A stretch of DNA of 64,000 nucleotides from Mytilus edulis (lineage: Eukaryota), in the NCBI RefSeq assembly GCF_963676685.1, contig NC_092357.1, forward strand, positions 21,638,001 to 21,702,000. Reading direction: 5' to 3'. Below are positions 62,801 through 64,000 of the stretch, one piece after another. Each line of letters begins with the position of its first letter. Position 1 is the stretch's first letter. The notes beneath the pieces are model-generated. The model did no database searches. It worked only from the letters and a program-made list of their open reading frames with translations, and was not told where the DNA came from. Position numbers and translations under genes: made by a program.

Positions 62801-62933
62801 ATAAAATCAAATAAATTCATACTTACAGCTTTTAGTTTATCCTTGTGAGTTAAGACAATCATGATTTTAGGAAATCCCGGTCCACCTCCCTTACAATATG
62901 TCACTATGGTATTTATCCAAAATCTAAGGTAGT
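50577..62933 (-). CDS. Roco-family gene, 3' part: ROC GTPase end, COR, death domain, death domain
   Basis: Six phase-compatible GT-AG exons: 62827-62933 (DYLRFWINTI...IMIVLTHKD, G4-like), 61253-62497 (COR: PTWGQHLPKCFIPLE, FLKFQHSVGRILYF), 55772-55802, 54595-54869, 54013-54040 and 50577-50887 (TGA stop). The 5' exons were not found in the window. Confidence 0.85.
51598..51676 (+). repeat. tRNA-derived SINE-like head
   Basis: TGGCTCAATCAGTAGAGC (A-box-like) and GGTTCGAATC (B box); not a foldable tRNA. Confidence 0.45.
53190..53722. mobile_element. Helentron/pearl-like non-autonomous element
   Basis: Subterminal inverted ATGTCACCC / GGGTGACAT, a 3' palindrome ATGTCATCC...GGGTGACAT, and internal CCATGG...AAATTCCAAAGT repeats. 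Confidence 0.55.
54013..54040 (-). CDS. 28-nt micro-exon (VVRGNPIDF) linking the two death domains
   Basis: tttag|GTG...TTT G|gtaagt, phase 0/1 as required. Confidence 0.8.
54595..54869 (-). CDS. Exon: death domain 1 (TDTEFLEQIPSDIHLHRLS...ELAMHLGM...HTLCK)
   Basis: ttcag|...|gtaagg, 275 nt, phase 1/0. Confidence 0.85.
55772..55802 (-). CDS. 31-nt micro-exon (DEFQCGKSCP)
   Basis: tttag|GAC...CCA G|gtgacg; supplies the phase 0 to 1 link between the COR and death-domain exons. Confidence 0.75.
56073..56262 (+). repeat. 5' pseudo-LTR of the Naiad element
   Basis: Near-identical to 60103-60292. Confidence 0.9.
56641..59649 (+). CDS. Naiad GIY-YIG endonuclease / reverse transcriptase polyprotein, 1002 aa, predicted selenoprotein with 4 Sec (U55, U86, U97, U522)
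   Basis: ORF-track pieces 56602-56805, 57226-58206 and 58342-59649 share one frame, and the gaps translate openly apart from TGA at 56803, 56896, 56929 and 58204. Motifs: IIYLLT..QYVGETGR...R..EH, E..WI..L.T..P.GLN, CNC, ADK, YWLPKLHK, FDFSTLYT, GIPMG and RYLDD. Terminal stop is TAA. Confidence 0.9.
59692..59780 (+). promoter_or_regulatory. Eukaryotic SECIS element (type II-like)
   Basis: Helix I TTATGTTCTTCTCATAT / ATATGATGAAGACATAA; core ATGA (59714-59717) opposite TGA (59756-59758); helix II GTATGAT/ATTGTAC; unpaired AAA (59730-59732) followed by a CCC/GGG minihelix. Confidence 0.85.
60103..60292 (+). repeat. 3' pseudo-LTR of the Naiad element
   Basis: Near-identical to 56073-56262. Confidence 0.9.
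60868..60910 (+). ncRNA. Degenerate type I hammerhead ribozyme relic
   Basis: GTGTCA-CTAATGA-GGC-GGTTGCA-GAC-GAAA-CG: a CUGANGA/GAAA core with a G-to-A change and a broken stem II and III. Confidence 0.45.
61253..62497 (-). CDS. Exon: ROC end and COR domain, with a Cys-rich tail (415 codons)
   Basis: tacag|ATG ... AAG|gtaaat, phase 0/0. Confidence 0.88.
62827..62933 (-). CDS. Exon: ROC GTPase G4 region
   Basis: tgtag|AC TAC ... GCT|gtaagt; contains the VLTHKD motif. Confidence 0.85.
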
Positions 62934-64000
62934 CTACAATTAAATAGTGAAATAATATCATTAGCAATGTTAAGGGCACACATTTTCTTAATTATCATGT
63001 CTTTACAAAGCATCTTTAATTAGAATGGCAATATCAAAATAATGTATATAATCAATAATGCATTTATTTTTACACCAAAATGACAATGAACAACACTTTG
63101 ATATGTTAAAATTAAAACAACGCTCCAACGGTTTGATTTAATTATAGAAACAAGAAACCAAAAACAAATATGATATATAGTTACAAACGACAACCAATAA
63201 GATACTGGTTTTCTAACGGTCTAGAATAATCAGATTGATACAAAAGACAATACAGCTATTTTGTTTCAAACTTTTGATATCAGTGCGTAAACATTACTGA
63301 AAGACGTAAACAGTTAATCATTTTAAACATAACCTATATTGATCTACACTTTATCAGGGCACCCATTGAAATTCCTTCTATCTCTGTTAAAAAAACGTTC
63401 AATGACATAACAATTGCAGCTTAATTTAGTAAGTACGCAGTCAGGGATAAGTCGCATTACATGATTGCTTTTGTAAAACGTTTTTAATAGTCTTGGGTTT
63501 GCACTAGTCTCACAATGTTAAATCTCAACCTATTTCTTTATGTTTTTTTCTTAAGAACATTTTTATGATTATGATATTTTTCATATTTTATAAAATGACA
63601 TACATAAGGAGACATTTTTAAATGCATTGTATTTTATGATGTTAGATAATAAGGACGTGTTTTTGGTTTGTATTAACCTGATGATCAAACTCTAGATTAT
63701 TTATGTAACTAGTCTGTTTGTATGTTCTGCTTCTACCTTAAAAGTATTTAAATGTTGAATATGTTCTAATGTTTTTAGTTGTGAAAAATCGTCTCAATTA
63801 GCCCAAAACGAATGCTTAGAAATGGCGGCCTTAACAGACGTAGGTAGATTGGTCCCACATTATTGTGCCAGTTTTTGCATTTAAAGAGATATTTTTGTCG
63901 TTTAAACTGTAGGTAATGTGCTTCGTATAGATGAACTATAGTTACTCATATGTTTTGAAGACGGAGGTAGGGAAATAAAAGACTTTTGAACAGTACACAC

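Noticed and set aside
63334-63383. Upstream Roco exon (IEGISMGALIKCRSI)
   Set aside because: It has plausible splice sites but contains a stop in the frame needed to join 62933; it is either not an exon or carries an indel I cannot verify.

Overview
AT-rich, intron-rich animal genomic DNA; the repeat families suggest a bivalve, probably Mytilus-like (inference). There are two partial protein-coding genes, both on the minus strand. The first is an obscurin/UNC-89-like gene (Ig, a 4.6-kb acidic exon with KSP repeats, Ig, Ig, SH3, DH/RhoGEF, PH), with exons traced from 28866 down to 5435 and its 3' end not resolved. The second is the 3' part of a Roco-type gene (ROC end, COR, two death domains), with exons from 62933 down to 50577. 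The main finding lies antisense in an intron of the Roco gene: an apparently intact Penelope-like retroelement of Naiad type (N-terminal GIY-YIG, CxC linker, RT; about 56034-60292). Its single 1002-codon frame (56641-59649) is interrupted only by four in-frame TGA codons, all at Cys-like positions. A canonical eukaryotic SECIS hairpin follows the stop (59692-59780), so the element is predicted to encode a multi-selenocysteine protein. Its pseudo-LTR carries a conserved multibranch RNA fold. The rest of the window is nested MITEs (Kolobok-, hAT-, Ginger-, Academ-, Tc1/pogo- and Helentron-like), an internally deleted FLYWCH-MULE transposon, decayed PLE RT relics, a hammerhead relic, tRNA-derived repeats and a 65-bp x14 tandem array.
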